Shown: positions 24,943 to 35,868 of the stretch, one piece after another
How the letters are laid out: each line of letters begins with the position of its first letter
Position numbering within the stretch: position 1 is the first letter of the stretch
Made by a program: the position numbers and the translations under genes
NCBI GenBank assembly: GCA_963842945.1
Contig: CAWJIM010000004.1
Location: 64,001 to 128,000, forward strand
DNA length: 64,000 nucleotides
Origin: an uncultured Gemmatimonadales bacterium
GTDB taxonomy: Bacteria > Gemmatimonadota > Gemmatimonadetes > Gemmatimonadales > GWC2-71-9
Reading direction: 5' to 3'
Notes under the pieces: generated by a model
Told to the model about the DNA's origin: nothing
What the model saw: only the letters and a program-made list of their open reading frames with translations
Database searches by the model: none

Positions 24943-27075
24943 TCATGACCTGCTGGACCGGGCCCGAGCTAACTGCTGTCTCGCCGCGTTGACCACGTGG
25001 TCGGGCTCGAAGCCGAAGTGTTCCGCCACGACCTTCATCGGTGCGGAGAGCCCGAAGGACCGCATCCCCAGGATGGCGCCGGTGGTTCCGGTGAACTTGG
25101 CCCAGCCGAAGGTGGATGCGGCTTCGATCGAGACCCGCGCCGTGACCTCTGGCGGCAGCACGCTGTCGCGGTACTCCTCCGGTTGCTCATCGAAGATCTC
25201 CCACGATGGCAGACTCACTACCCGGGCAAAGATCCCCTCGGATTGGAGCCGCTCATAGGCAGTGAGACAGAGCGCCACCTCGCTCCCGGTCGCGAGCAGG
25301 AGCACGTCGGGCCGCCCCGACGGCGCGTCCGCCAGGACGTACCCGCCCCGCGCCACTCCACTCGCCGCCGCGTACTGGGTGCGATCGAACACCGGAAGCG
25401 CCTGACGGGAGAGCACCAGGCAGACCGGCCGGTCCCTGATTCCCATGATCAGCCGCCAGCTCTCTACCACTTCACTGGCGTCGGCCGGCCGGAGCACGAT
25501 CATGCCCGGCATGGCGCGGAGTGAAGCGAGGTGCTCGATCGGCTGATGGGTCGGCCCATCCTCGCCCAGGTTGATCGAGTCGTGGGTCCAGATGAAGATC
25601 GACGGCACTTCCATCAATGCGCTGAGCCGAAGCGCGCCGCGGCAGTAGTCGCTGAACACCAGGAAGCTGGAGCCATAGGACCGGAGCCCCGACAGGGCCA
25701 TGCCGTTCACGAAGGCGCACATCGCGTGCTCGCGGACCCCGAAATGAAAGTTTCGTCCGGCGTAGCTCCCGTCGTATTCCGGTGGCTCGAAGTCGCCCGC
25801 GCCCTCGAAGGTCAGGAGCGTCTTGGTGGAAGGCCAGAGATCGGCCGACCCGCCCAGCAGCCAGGGAACCCGGCGCGCGATGGCGTTCTGCGCCTTGGCC
25901 GACGCGTCCCGGCCGGCCACGCCCTTGGAGTCGGGAAGAAATACCGGAAGGTCCTGGTCCCAGTCGGGGGGCAGCGTGTGTCTCGGCATGCAGTCGACGT
26001 GGAGACCGGCAGCGGGGAACTTCTTCTGGTACGCCGCGACCAGCTGGTTCCACGCCGCGTGCGCCTCCCTGCCCCGGCGGCCGAGCTCGGCATGAAAGTG
26101 CTGGCGCACCCGGTCGGGAACCAGGAACTGGGCGTCCGGATCCCAGCCGTAGAACTCTTTGGCCAGACGAACCTCATCGGCGCCGAGCGGCTCGCCGTGG
26201 GCTTCCTTGGTATCCTGCCGGTTGGGAGCGCCGTAGCCGATGTGGCTGTCCACGATGATCAGCGTGGGACGGTCGCGGGTGGCGAGAAAGGTGTCGAACG
26301 CGTGGGTCAGCAGGTCGAGGTCGTTGACGTCGCCCACCCGGAGCACGTTCCAGTCGTAGGCCAGGAACCGGCCGGCGACATCCTCGGTGAAGGTGATTGA
26401 GGTCGAACCCTCGATGCTGATCCGGTTGTTGTCGTAGATCCAGCAGAGATTGGAGAGCCGAAGATGGCCGGCGAGTGAGGCCGCCTCGGAGCCGAGCCCC
26501 TCCATCATGTCGCCGTCGCCGCAGAAGACATACACGTTGTAATCGAACAGGTCGAAGCCGGGATGGTTGTACGTGGCCCCCAGCCAGCGGCCGGCCGCCG
26601 CCATGCCCACGCTCATCCCGATTCCCTGTCCCAGTGGACCGGTAGTCGCCTCCACGCCGGAGGTCCAGCCGTACTCGGGATGACCGGGACAGCGGCTACC
26701 CGCCTGGCGGAAGTTCTTGATGTCGTCCAGCGTGACCGCCAGTCGCCCCTGCCCCACCTCCTCGTACGACTCATTCACCGCCTTCACCTCAGCCAGGTGG
26801 AGCAGACTGTACAGCAACATCGAGGCGTGGCCGTTGGAGAGGACGAAGCGGTCGCGGTTGGGCCAGCGGGGATCGTCGGGATCGTAGCGAAGAAACCGCT
26901 GCCACAGGGTGTACGCGGCCGGTGCCAGCGCCATCGGAGTGCCCGGATGACCGGACTTCGCCGCTTGCACCGCATCCATCGAAAGCGTCCGGATGGTGTT
27001 GATGCAGAGCCGGTCCAGCTCCGCCCAATCCATCGTGCCTGCGGCGGTGTCCGGCGCGGTTCGGGTCGAGGTCAT
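24943..27075 (-). CDS. tkt: Transketolase
   Basis: SGHPG, DRFVLSNGH, GDGDMMEG, GVREHAM, GEDGPTHQP. Confidence 0.95.
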   Translation of the reverse strand: MTSTRTAPDTAAGTMDWAELDRLCINTIRTLSMDAVQAAKSGHPGTPMALAPAAYTLWQRFLRYDPDDPRWPNRDRFVLSNGHASMLLYSLLHLAEVKAVNESYEEVGQGRLAVTLDDIKNFRQAGSRCPGHPEYGWTSGVEATTGPLGQGIGMSVGMAAAGRWLGATYNHPGFDLFDYNVYVFCGDGDMMEGLGSEAASLAGHLRLSNLCWIYDNNRISIEGSTSITFTEDVAGRFLAYDWNVLRVGDVNDLDLLTHAFDTFLATRDRPTLIIVDSHIGYGAPNRQDTKEAHGEPLGADEVRLAKEFYGWDPDAQFLVPDRVRQHFHAELGRRGREAHAAWNQLVAAYQKKFPAAGLHVDCMPRHTLPPDWDQDLPVFLPDSKGVAGRDASAKAQNAIARRVPWLLGGSADLWPSTKTLLTFEGAGDFEPPEYDGSYAGRNFHFGVREHAMCAFVNGMALSGLRSYGSSFLVFSDYCRGALRLSALMEVPSIFIWTHDSINLGEDGPTHQPIEHLASLRAMPGMIVLRPADASEVVESWRLIMGIRDRPVCLVLSRQALPVFDRTQYAAASGVARGGYVLADAPSGRPDVLLLATGSEVALCLTAYERLQSEGIFARVVSLPSWEIFDEQPEEYRDSVLPPEVTARVSIEAASTFGWAKFTGTTGAILGMRSFGLSAPMKVVAEHFGFEPDHVVNAARQQLARARSSRS

Positions 27076-28158
27076 GTTGCCGCCAGCGCCTCCGACTTGG
27101 CCGCGATCCGCTCCAGCAGCGCGTTCCACGACTTCACGAACGCCTCGGCTCCTTCGCGCTGCAGCTGCTCCGCCAGCGCGGCTACATCGATTCCGGCGCG
27201 CTCGAACTCGGCGATCACTGACTCGGCGTCGCCCCCATCCTCCGGCATGACTCCCTGAATCCTGCCGTGATCGGCCAAGGCGAGCAGGGTGGCGTCCGGC
27301 ATGGTGTTGATGGTGTCGGGCGCAGCGAGGGCCTCGATGTACAGCACGTCCGAGGCCCCGGGGTCCTTGGTCCCGGTGCTGGCCCAGAGCAGCCGCTGGT
27401 GCCGGGCACCGGCGCTGGCCAGGCACTCGGAGTGATGCGAGGCGAGCAGCTCGCGATACGCCCGATAGGTCCGGCCCGCGATCGCGATTCCCAGCCGGTT
27501 CCTGAGTCCGGCCGGGGCCCGCTCCTGCACCGCCTTGTCCCACCGGCTGATGAATACCGAGGCAACGGAGACGACGTCGGGGTTCAGGCCCTTCTCGATC
27601 CGGCGCTCGACCCCGCGTTGATAGGCTCGGGCGGCGGCGAGGTACTGCTCGGCGGAAAAGAGCAGGGTGACGTTGATCGGGATGCCGGCGAAGATCGCCT
27701 CCTCGATGGCGGGGAGTCCCTCCGGCGTGCCCGGAATCTTGATGAAGACGTTGGGCCGTTCGATCTGCCGGTGGAGCGTCTTGACCTCGTCCAGGGTACG
27801 CCGAGTGTCATGCGCCAAGATCGGCGACACCTCGAGCGAGACCCAGCCGTCGAGATGGTTGGTCCGCTGATGGACCGGCCGGAAGAGATCGGCGGCCTGG
27901 GTGAGGTCCGCCGCCGCGAGAGCGAAGAAGAGCTGGTCGCCGGAGAGGCCGGCTGCGCTCAGTTCCTGGATTCGCGCATTGTACCAGTCGCCGCTGCCGA
28001 TGGCGTGATCGTAGATGGTCGGATTGGAGGTGAGCCCGGTGACGGACAGCTCGCCGATGTAGTGCTTGAGCGTGCCCTTCTTCAGGATTTCCCGGGTGAT
28101 ATTGTCGAGCCAGAGGCTCTGGCCCAGATGCGCTGAGCTGTTGAGTGGGATTGGTCAT
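27072..28158 (-). CDS. tal: Transaldolase (Tal/PGI-like type), frameshifted
   Basis: LWLDNI, GLTSNPTI, VFIKIPGT, INVTLLF, LLWASTGTK. Confidence 0.9.
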
Positions 28159-28174
28159 ACTTTCTTCCCTTCGG

Positions 28175-28863
28175 TCAGCGCGGTGGTCGCGCCGAGCAAG
28201 CGTGGGTAGGTCGTACTGCAGGAGATCACCGATCCGATCGAGAGTCACATCGGCCGGCGGATAGTTGGCGAGAATGTCGGGGTCGTGGGCGTAGTGGCCC
28301 TGGCGGACGAAGACGGTGGTGAGCCGCGACCCCCAAACCTGCTTCACCGCGGCCAGAATGTGGAGCTTGTCGTCGACCAGGACGTAGTGCTCCGCGGGGA
28401 AGCGGGCGGCGACGTCGTCCAGCTCCCTTTCCTTATGTATATAGACCAGAATCCGGCCCTCGACCGCGTCGCCCAGCCCCGAACGCTCGATCTTGCGGGG
28501 CTGGAACACCACATCACCATCGGTGAGGATCACGGTCGGGCCGAACTCAGCGAACCGCTCCAGCACGTCGAGCGAGCCGGGGAAGAGCCGGTTGGCAAAG
28601 GGATAATTCACCAGATAGGAGGAGATGGCGAGCAGGCAGGGATCCGGCGGATACGCGATCCGGTAGCGCTGCAGCGCACCGAGATAGTCGGCGTAGCCCA
28701 GCTCCTGGCGCAACTCCTCGAAGATCCTGAAGTAGTGCTCGGTGGAGGCGGCGCCGATCGCGCGGATCAGGTATCGCCGGAGATCGGCGATCACCCGGTC
28801 GTTGTCGAGCAGGGTGTTGTCGACATCGAACAGGAAGACGATCTCGCTACGCATCGAATCCAT
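28175..28863 (-). CDS. HAD family hydrolase
   Basis: FLFDVDNTL, TDGDVVFQ, VDDK; 3' end approximate. Confidence 0.85.
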
Positions 28864-28899
28864 CGATCACCGCCTCGCTAATCACCGACCTTCGGGATT

Positions 28900-29248
28900 T
28901 GGCGACTGGCGTGGGCTCCTCCGGGCGCTGTAGCACTCGTCGGTCGGAGCCCGGGGCACACCGGAACTCCTGTAGGCCTCCTGAGATGCAGCCCCGGTCT
29001 CCTCCCCTCGTGCTAACGCGCCCTGCGGAGCCCATCGCCAGTCGCCGCCCACCTGTGGCTCTCGGGAGAGCAATCTGGGAGTCACCTTGTAGAGCCTTTT
29101 GCATCGGCGAAGGGGACTGCTCCGAAGGGGCGCGTCAGCACGCGGGGAGGAGACCGGGGATTAAGGTCACGGAGCTGATACCGGCATGAAGCCCCTGGGC
29201 TCCGACCGTCGCGTGGTGCAGCGCTCCGGAGGAGCAGCCCCTTCGCCG
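28900..29248. other. ~350-nt imperfect inverted repeat (rod-like hairpin), candidate structured RNA or MITE
   Basis: 28915-28957 pairs with 29191-29235; 28992-29031 pairs with 29119-29159; inner GGCTCT/AGAGCC. Confidence 0.8.
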
Positions 29249-29263
29249 GTTCACCGCAGATCC

Positions 29264-30659
29264 TCACGCGCACGCCCAATCCTGCTCGGGATTAAACCAC
29301 CCGCTTCCGTTGCTGAGCAGGCGATCGGCTTCAGCCGGTCCCCAGGTGCCGCTCTCGTACTGGTAGAGTGGAGTCGCGTTGCCCAGCACCGGCTCCACCA
29401 CGCGCCACGCCTCATCCACCGAGTCCTCCCGGGCAAAGAGCATCTGGTCTCCCCGCATCGCGTCGCTCAGCAGCCGCTCGTAGGGCTTCATCTCGTCTTT
29501 CCGGTCGTGGCAGGCGGTCAGCTCCACGTCCTCTCCCCGCATAGTTTCGCCCGGCAGCTTGGCACGGGCACCGAGGGAGAGCACCACGTGCGGGCTGAGC
29601 CGGAAACGGAAGCGGTTGGGCGGGGCTTGGGCGCAGTCGGGGAACAGCATCACCGGCGGGCGCTTGAGCTCGACCAGTACCTCCGTGGCCGTGACCGGCA
29701 GACACTTTCCGGCGCGGATGTAGAAGGGCACGCCGGCCCAGCGCCAGGAATCGATCTGGAGCCGCACCGCGGTGAAGGTTTCCACCGTGGAATCGGGCGC
29801 CACTCCTTCTTCCTTCCGATAGCCGATGAACTGTCCCCGCACCACGTCGCCTGGCTCCAGCGGGCGCATTGAGCGGAACGCCTGGGCCTTCTCGTCCCGC
29901 ACCGCCTCGACGCCCCGGGTGGAAGGAGCCTCCATCGCGAGCAGGCTGGCCACCTGGAGCAGGTGGTTCTGCACCACATCGCGAATCGCTCCGGCCTCCT
30001 CGTAGAACTTGCCGCGTCCTTCCACCCCGAACTTCTCCGCCATGGTGATCTGGACCCGCTCGACATAGTTGCGGTTCCAGATCGGCTCCAGGAAGCTGTT
30101 GGCGAACCGGTAGTAGAGCAGGTTCTGCACCGGCTCCTTGCCCAGGTAGTGATCGATCCGGAAGATCGAAGATTCGGGAAAGTTCTGGTGCAGCGTCGCG
30201 TTGAGCTCCTGGGCCGAGGCGAGGTCGCGGCCGAACGGCTTCTCCACCACCACCCGAGCGTCGGCTGCGATGCCGACCCGGGCCAGACCGGAGACCACGG
30301 TGGGAAAGAGACTGGGCGGGATCGCCAGATAGAAGAGCGGGCGCCGGCAGCCACCCAGCGCATCGCGGAGCCGATCGTAGGTGCCGGGGTCCTGGTAGTC
30401 ACCACCGACAAATCGGAGCAGCCCACAGAGCTTCTGAAACACGGCCGGGTCGAAGCTGCCGTGCTGCTCCACACTCTCGCGCGCCCGTTTCCCGCAGCTG
30501 CTCCAGGTTGTACTCGGAGCGGGCGACGCCGAGGACCGGCACGCTCAGGTGTTTGTGGCGGACCATCGCCTGCAGTGCGGGAAAGATCTGCTTGAAGGCG
30601 AGGTCGCCGGTGACGCCGAAGACGACGAGTGCGTCGGAGGGAGCGGGGAGTTGCGCCAT
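29264..30659 (-). CDS. zwf: Glucose-6-phosphate dehydrogenase, frameshift near 30480
   Basis: [33 protein letters not shown]. Confidence 0.94.
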
Positions 30660-30668
30660 CGTGAGATC

Positions 30669-31684
30669 CTAGCCGGGGCCCTTCTCCTGGTGGCCGCCGA
30701 ACTGGTAGCGAAGGGCGGAGAGGATCTGATTGGCAAAGTCGCCCTCCCCCGGGAGCTGAAGCGCTGAAACAGGGCTGCGCTCAGCACCGGAGCGGGAACC
30801 GATTCATCAATGGCGGCGGCGATGGTCCAGCGCCCCTCGCCCGAGTCGGAGACCCGACCGGCAAAGTTGGCCAGGTCGGGACTCTCGTGCAGGGCGCGGG
30901 CGGTGAGATCGAGCAGCCAGGAGCTGATCACGCTGCCGCGGCGCCAGAGCTCGGCGATCTCCCCCAGATCCATTTGATACTGGTAATGCTCGGCGTGACG
31001 CAGCGGCGTGGTCTCGGCATCGGCTTCCTGGCTGTGGAGGCCGGCGCCGGCGTGGTGCAGGATGTTGAGACCTTCGGCATACGCGGCCATCAGGCCGTAC
31101 TCGATCCCGTTGTGCACCATCTTCACGAAGTGCCCGGCCCCGGCAGGGCCGCAATGGAGATAGCCTCGCTCGGCGGTGCCCTTACCGGCCTTGCGCCCCG
31201 GAGTGGGGGCTGCTGCGTCCATACCGGGAGCCAGCGTCGCGAACACGGGATCGAGTCGCTTCACCACGTCCGGCTCACCGCCGATCATCAGGCAATATCC
31301 CCGCTCCAGTCCGAAGACGCCGCCGCTGGTGCCCACGTCTACATAATGAACGCCCTTCCCTTTCAGTTCCGCGGCTCGCCGGATGTCGTCGTGGTAATAG
31401 GAGTTGCCGCCGTCGACCACGATGTCGCCCGAGGCGAGCAGCGACGAGAGATCCGTCAGGGTCTGATCCACCAGCGCCGCCGGCACCATGAGCCAGACCA
31501 ATCGGGGTGGCCGGAGCGCCTTGACGAAGGCGGCCAGTGAATCGGAGCCCGTGGCACCCTCGCCGGCCAGCGCCTTCACCGCCGGCGGGTTGACGTCGTA
31601 GACCACGCACTCGTGTCCGGCGCGCATCAGCCGGCGAACCATGTTGCCGCCCATCCGTCCCAGCCCGATCATCCCTAGTTGCAT
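30669..31684 (-). CDS. gnd: Decarboxylating 6-phosphogluconate dehydrogenase (short type)
   Basis: IGLGRMG, DGGNS, KMVHNGIEYG, SDSGEGRWT. Confidence 0.93.
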
Positions 31685-31706
31685 ACTGTGAATGTACTGG
31701 GAATTT

Positions 31707-31851
31707 GGTAAGCGGTGAGCGGTGAGCGGTGAGCGGGCGTACAGGTTGGCATTGTCATTCTGAGCACAGCGTTGTCACTCTGAGCGAAGCGAAACATCCC
31801 TTCCGCCTGGACACGGACCTCCCGCTTACCGCTCACCGCTTACCGCTCACC
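31707..31851. repeat. Composite repeat: inverted (GCGGTGA)n/(CCGCTYA)n tracts around a GTCAT-type REP remnant
   Basis: GCGGTGA x3-4, then TGTCATTCTGAGC...CTGAGCGAAGCGAA, then CCGCTTA/CCGCTCA x4. Confidence 0.7.
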
Positions 31852-32887
31852 AGGTTCAGCCCCCGGAGCGCGGCGCCGAGAAGCGCGGCCTCGAGCGCGA
31901 CGACAGAGACCGGCATCCGTCCGAGCAGCTCGGCCATCCGTCCCTTGGCCGTGAACGCGCTGAGGAACCGGCCGTCCCGGAGCGCGGGGAGAATCCGGGG
32001 AGGAATCCCGCCGGCCAGATAGACCCCACCCAGGCTCAGCACCTTGAGGGCGAGGTCCCCGGCCTCGGCGCCGAGGATGGAGACGAAGAGCCCGAGGGCG
32101 GCGTGGCTCAGCGGGTCGGGATTGGGTCGCAGCGCGGCGCCGCTGATCAGCGCCGGCGCGTGCTCCACGGCGGCAAGGGCGCGGCCCATCTCGGGCGACT
32201 CCGGGGCGTAGCTCGAGTCTCGCGAGATATTGATATACGTTGAGGAGGCCGGGTCCGGAACAGACCCGCTCCACACTGACGTGATCGAACCTGCGCTTGA
32301 GGTAGGCGAGCAGCCCGGCCTCGAGCTCGTCCCGGGGCGCGAAGCTCGCGTGGCCGCCCTCGGAGGGAAAGGCGCGGTAGCGGGTCCCGTCATGTATAAG
32401 GAAGGCCTCGCCCAGCCCGGTGCCGGAAGCCACTACCGCGATGGCGCCGCCGGCGACCGGCTCACCGGGGTTGAGACTGACGAGCTCGGACGATGCCGAG
32501 ACTGGGCACCGCCTCGGCGATGGCCTCCAGGTCGTTCATCAGATGCACCGACGGGAGGCTCAGCTCCGCGGCGAGCCCGGTTTCACTGAGATCCCACGAC
32601 AAGTTCGTGACCCGAGCCGAGCCGCTGATCACCGGTCCCGCCACGCCGAAGGAGGCGCCGTCGACGGTGAGACCGCTACCGGTGAGGAACTCGCGGACCA
32701 TCACCGAGAGGGAGCGGTACTTGGCGCTGGGAAACCGGCAGGAGGCCAGCGGCGAGCGGGGGCCCTGCTCGGGGGAGTATACCGCCAGGGCGGTCTTGGT
32801 TCCGCCGACGTCGCCGGCCAGGAGGAGGCCGGTCCGCCCAGCCCGGGGGCGGGAGGGAGCCCGGGTGTCGTCCAACGAAGAAGCCAT
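31840..32887 (-). CDS. glk: Glucokinase, frameshifted
   Basis: AGDVGGTKT, GVAGP, LMNDLEA, SGTGLG, SEGGH, GGVYLAGG. Confidence 0.9.
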
Positions 32888-33026
32888 TAATGGGAATGTA
32901 GCTCCACCGAATGGCTGAGCGCTGGCGGCCCTGGCGGATTATGCCGCGGCGCAGTCGCTATCCGGGCTGGTATTTCGTTACAAAGATGCTGTACACTCTT
33001 GTCCAACCCTGATCCCGAGTGAAGCC

Positions 33027-33629
33027 GTGACCTACATCTCTGCTCCAGCGTCGGACCGGCGGGCCCAGAGAACTCGAAGGGCGCTGCGCGATGCTCTTGA
33101 CTTGCTGATCCGGGAGAAGAGCTACGGCTCCATTCCAGTTCAGGAAATCCTGAATCGAGCCGATGTGGGCCGCTCTACCTTCTTCACCTACTTTCGGGAC
33201 AAGGATCAGCTGCTGGCCAGCAGTATCTATCACACGGTCGATCAGGCTCGAGCGGCTGCCCCGGAATTCACCGATAACCAGATCCAGCGCATCCTCTCCT
33301 TGAGCCTCCCGCTACTGGAAGAGCTGGATCGTGACCGCCGGGCGGCCGGGGAAGCAGAGGAGGGCGAGCTAAACCCGAAGCGCTACCATTGGCTGCGGAA
33401 GTCGTTCGCCGAGCGGATCGCCGACGAGCTGGGCCAGAGCGGTCGGCGCTCTGCCCTGACCCTGGGCAAGGTCCCCAGCGCTCTGCTGATTCACTACCTG
33501 ACCTCGAGACTCATGCTGGTGATCGAGTGGTGGGTCGAGTCGGGCAGCGATCTATCGCCAGCCGAAGTCAACCATGTATTTCGCAGGTTGGTGCTGCGGG
33601 TGTTGGAGCCGGCGTCCGCGGAGGTTTGA
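33027..33629 (+). CDS. TetR/AcrR family regulator
   Basis: DRRAQRTR...ILNRADVGRSTFFTYF HTH. Confidence 0.85.
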   Translation: MTYISAPASDRRAQRTRRALRDALDLLIREKSYGSIPVQEILNRADVGRSTFFTYFRDKDQLLASSIYHTVDQARAAAPEFTDNQIQRILSLSLPLLEELDRDRRAAGEAEEGELNPKRYHWLRKSFAERIADELGQSGRRSALTLGKVPSALLIHYLTSRLMLVIEWWVESGSDLSPAEVNHVFRRLVLRVLEPASAEV

Positions 33630-33745
33630 AGCGCTGGTCAAAGGCAAGGAGCGGAGGGTGAGCCGATTGCCCTGGAGGCCGCGTTAGGCGCGGTCGCCTC
33701 TGTGCTGATCTATTGTGGCCGACGGCTCGCCCGCAGCGACTTCAA

Positions 33746-33930
33746 TCACCACCTTCGCCGACGGAACACCAGCACCCCGATCGTTGCGGTGAAGATCACC
33801 ACGATGGCCGCTATGGTGGCAAAGCCATGGCGACTCGCCGCCAGCGGAATTCCTCCCACATTCATGCCGAAGAGCCCGGCGATCAGGTTGATCGGCAGGC
33901 AAGCACCGTGACCAGGGTGGCAGGAAGCAC
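33746..33930 (-). pseudogene. C-terminal remnant of a CorA/ZntB family transporter
   Basis: Manual translation PINLIAGLFGMNVGGIPLA...VLVFRRRRW*, with GMN signature; no cytoplasmic domain upstream. Confidence 0.7.
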
Positions 33931-34078
33931 TGGGGACCTCAAGGGAACCTCAAGGGGGGAAGCGCGTCTGCGGGGAAGCGGGGATTCACCTTGCGTGCTA
34001 GCCGATGGGGCATATGTTGGGCGACAACTGCCCCCATGCTGGTCCTTCAACATCTCTGCTCTTTCAGGGAGCACTTTC

Positions 34079-34678
34079 ATGCGCGGACGCATACCACTCG
34101 GTCTCACCCTTCTCACGCTGCTCTTCGCCTGCAGCGATCGCTCGGCCCCACTCGCACCCAATGGGACGTCGTCGGATAAGTCGCCCACCATCTCCGCTTC
34201 CGTGGCAAGCCAGATCGCCGAGCTTCGGAGGCTGGTCGCCCCGTTCCACCAGTTCGATAAGGCGGTGGCGGCGGGCTGGGCGGCGCAGATCACCCCCTGC
34301 CTGGTAGCCGCCGACCTGCCGAGCCAACCCGGGGCCGGCGCGATGGGGTTCCACTATGGCAAGCCGGCTTTCATCCAGGACGGAGGAAGAGTCAGTTTGC
34401 TCGAGCCCGAGCTGCTGCTCTACGAGCCGGAGAAGAACGGGAAGCTCCGGTTCGTGGGCGTGGAATACATCGTACCGTTCACGGATATTCCGTCGACGGC
34501 GAACCCGCCTACCCTGCTGGGTCAGGATTTCGCGCAGGTGCCCGAGTTCGGTGTGTGGGGGCTTCACATCTGGGTCGGTCGCCACAACCCGAGCGGCATT
34601 TTCACCCCCTGGAACCCCAAGGTGAGCTGCGACAACGCACCGGCGGCTCAGCGGGCAACACATCATCACGGGAGCTGA
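34079..34678 (+). CDS. Hypothetical lipoprotein
   Basis: Lipobox LFAC; GAMGFHY, PELLLYEP, VGVEY, WGLHIW. Confidence 0.8.
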   Translation: MRGRIPLGLTLLTLLFACSDRSAPLAPNGTSSDKSPTISASVASQIAELRRLVAPFHQFDKAVAAGWAAQITPCLVAADLPSQPGAGAMGFHYGKPAFIQDGGRVSLLEPELLLYEPEKNGKLRFVGVEYIVPFTDIPSTANPPTLLGQDFAQVPEFGVWGLHIWVGRHNPSGIFTPWNPKVSCDNAPAAQRATHHHGS

Positions 34679-34711
34679 TAGTCAGCGCCCGTCGCACAGC
34701 TACTGATGTCA

Positions 34712-34740
34712 AAAGGGCCACTCATCGCGAGTGGCCCTTT
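34712..34740. terminator. Bidirectional intrinsic terminator
   Basis: AAAGGGCCACTC-atcgc-GAGTGGCCCTTT between convergent genes. Confidence 0.75.
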
Positions 34741-34759
34741 CTGCTGCCTATGACGAACC

Positions 34760-34954
34760 TTAACGCGTCGGCGTATCCGGGTCCTCGAGCAGCAGTATCG
34801 GGAACGAGAAGTGGTGCTCGCTCTGGAGGAGGAACAGTGCTTCCTCGGGCGTCAACCGGGAAACCGCCGAGCTGCTGTCGGGCTCGACCGCCGCAATCGG
34901 ACGGGAGGGGCCGAGCAGAGACGCTGAAAGGGCGAGTCCGAAGAGGAGGTCCAT
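34760..34954 (-). CDS. 64-aa small protein, copy 1 (paralog at 55808-55950)
   Basis: MDLLFGLALSASLLGPSRPI...QSEHHFSFPILLLEDPDTPTR; coding-like conservation with second copy. Confidence 0.65.
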   Translation of the reverse strand: MDLLFGLALSASLLGPSRPIAAVEPDSSSAVSRLTPEEALFLLQSEHHFSFPILLLEDPDTPTR

Positions 34955-35214
34955 GGGTCCCCGTGCGAGAAGTTGCAGTTCCACAGCGACTTAGCACGGC
35001 GGGACGGCGCAATCGGCGTGCCCTCACTTCCCTTCCTTATATAGTGCCACGCTCGGCTGCATGAGCTGGAACTCAGGCCACTTAGATAGTTTGGGGTTTC
35101 GAATGGCGAGAAGAGAGGGACTGTCGGGCGCATCCGGTTTGTGGCGGGACTGACGCACCAGTCAGACCTTCTCGGCTATCAGCACTGAACTTTTTCGTGC
35201 CTTCCTTTGCACTC

Positions 35215-35868
35215 TCACGTCCTGCCATTCCGCTGCTGCTCGAGCCAGCACCGGGCCTGTTTCCGGTAATAGCCGGAGAGCTGCGGGTAGAAGTCCGACT
35301 CCACCGCCACGAACTCGCGGAGCTCCTCCGGGTCACAGCCCTCCTGGATGCCGCGGAGGAGATCGGGGAGTGAGCCCTCCTGTTCGGCGAAATCGGCGCT
35401 CCGGGCGCCGTCGATCAGCTGGATCATGGCGCCGAGGGTGAGCGATTGCGCCGAGGAGGCTGGACGGCAGGTCCAGGGCCCGATCTCATCATTACCGTAC
35501 TCGTCGACCACGCGATACAGAATGCGTCGCCCATGCCGCCGGCGCCGAGCGCGGAAGCTGATCACGTCCTGGGTGACGGAATCGAGCACGATGCGAGCGA
35601 TCTCCACCTCGCCCGGGAGATAGTCCGGGAGATACTCGCCACCCATCCACGATGGATGGGTCGCGCCGAGCTCGGAGCGGGTCGAGTCGTCGAGTCTGGC
35701 TTCCAGAAAACCGCTGGGGATCTCCCCTACGTGGGCCGGCGCGCGGCCGGTGATCACCGCGGCGATCATTTGTCGCCGGTTCTGGCCCTTGATGTTGGAG
35801 AGGATGGCCAGGACCGGATCGGGATGGTCCCAGTAGGACGGGGGACGAAAATTCAGGTTCAGGCGCAT
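35215..35868 (-). CDS. Hypothetical protein
   Basis: Intact ORF with RBS; HPSWMGGEYLPD...EVEIARI...YRVVDEY. Confidence 0.7.
   Translation of the reverse strand: MRLNLNFRPPSYWDHPDPVLAILSNIKGQNRRQMIAAVITGRAPAHVGEIPSGFLEARLDDSTRSELGATHPSWMGGEYLPDYLPGEVEIARIVLDSVTQDVISFRARRRRHGRRILYRVVDEYGNDEIGPWTCRPASSAQSLTLGAMIQLIDGARSADFAEQEGSLPDLLRGIQEGCDPEELREFVAVESDFYPQLSGYYRKQARCWLEQQRNGRT

Noticed and set aside
28847..29279. Small ORFs between zwf and the HAD gene
   Set aside because: No motifs or clear RBS; region is explained by the long inverted repeat.
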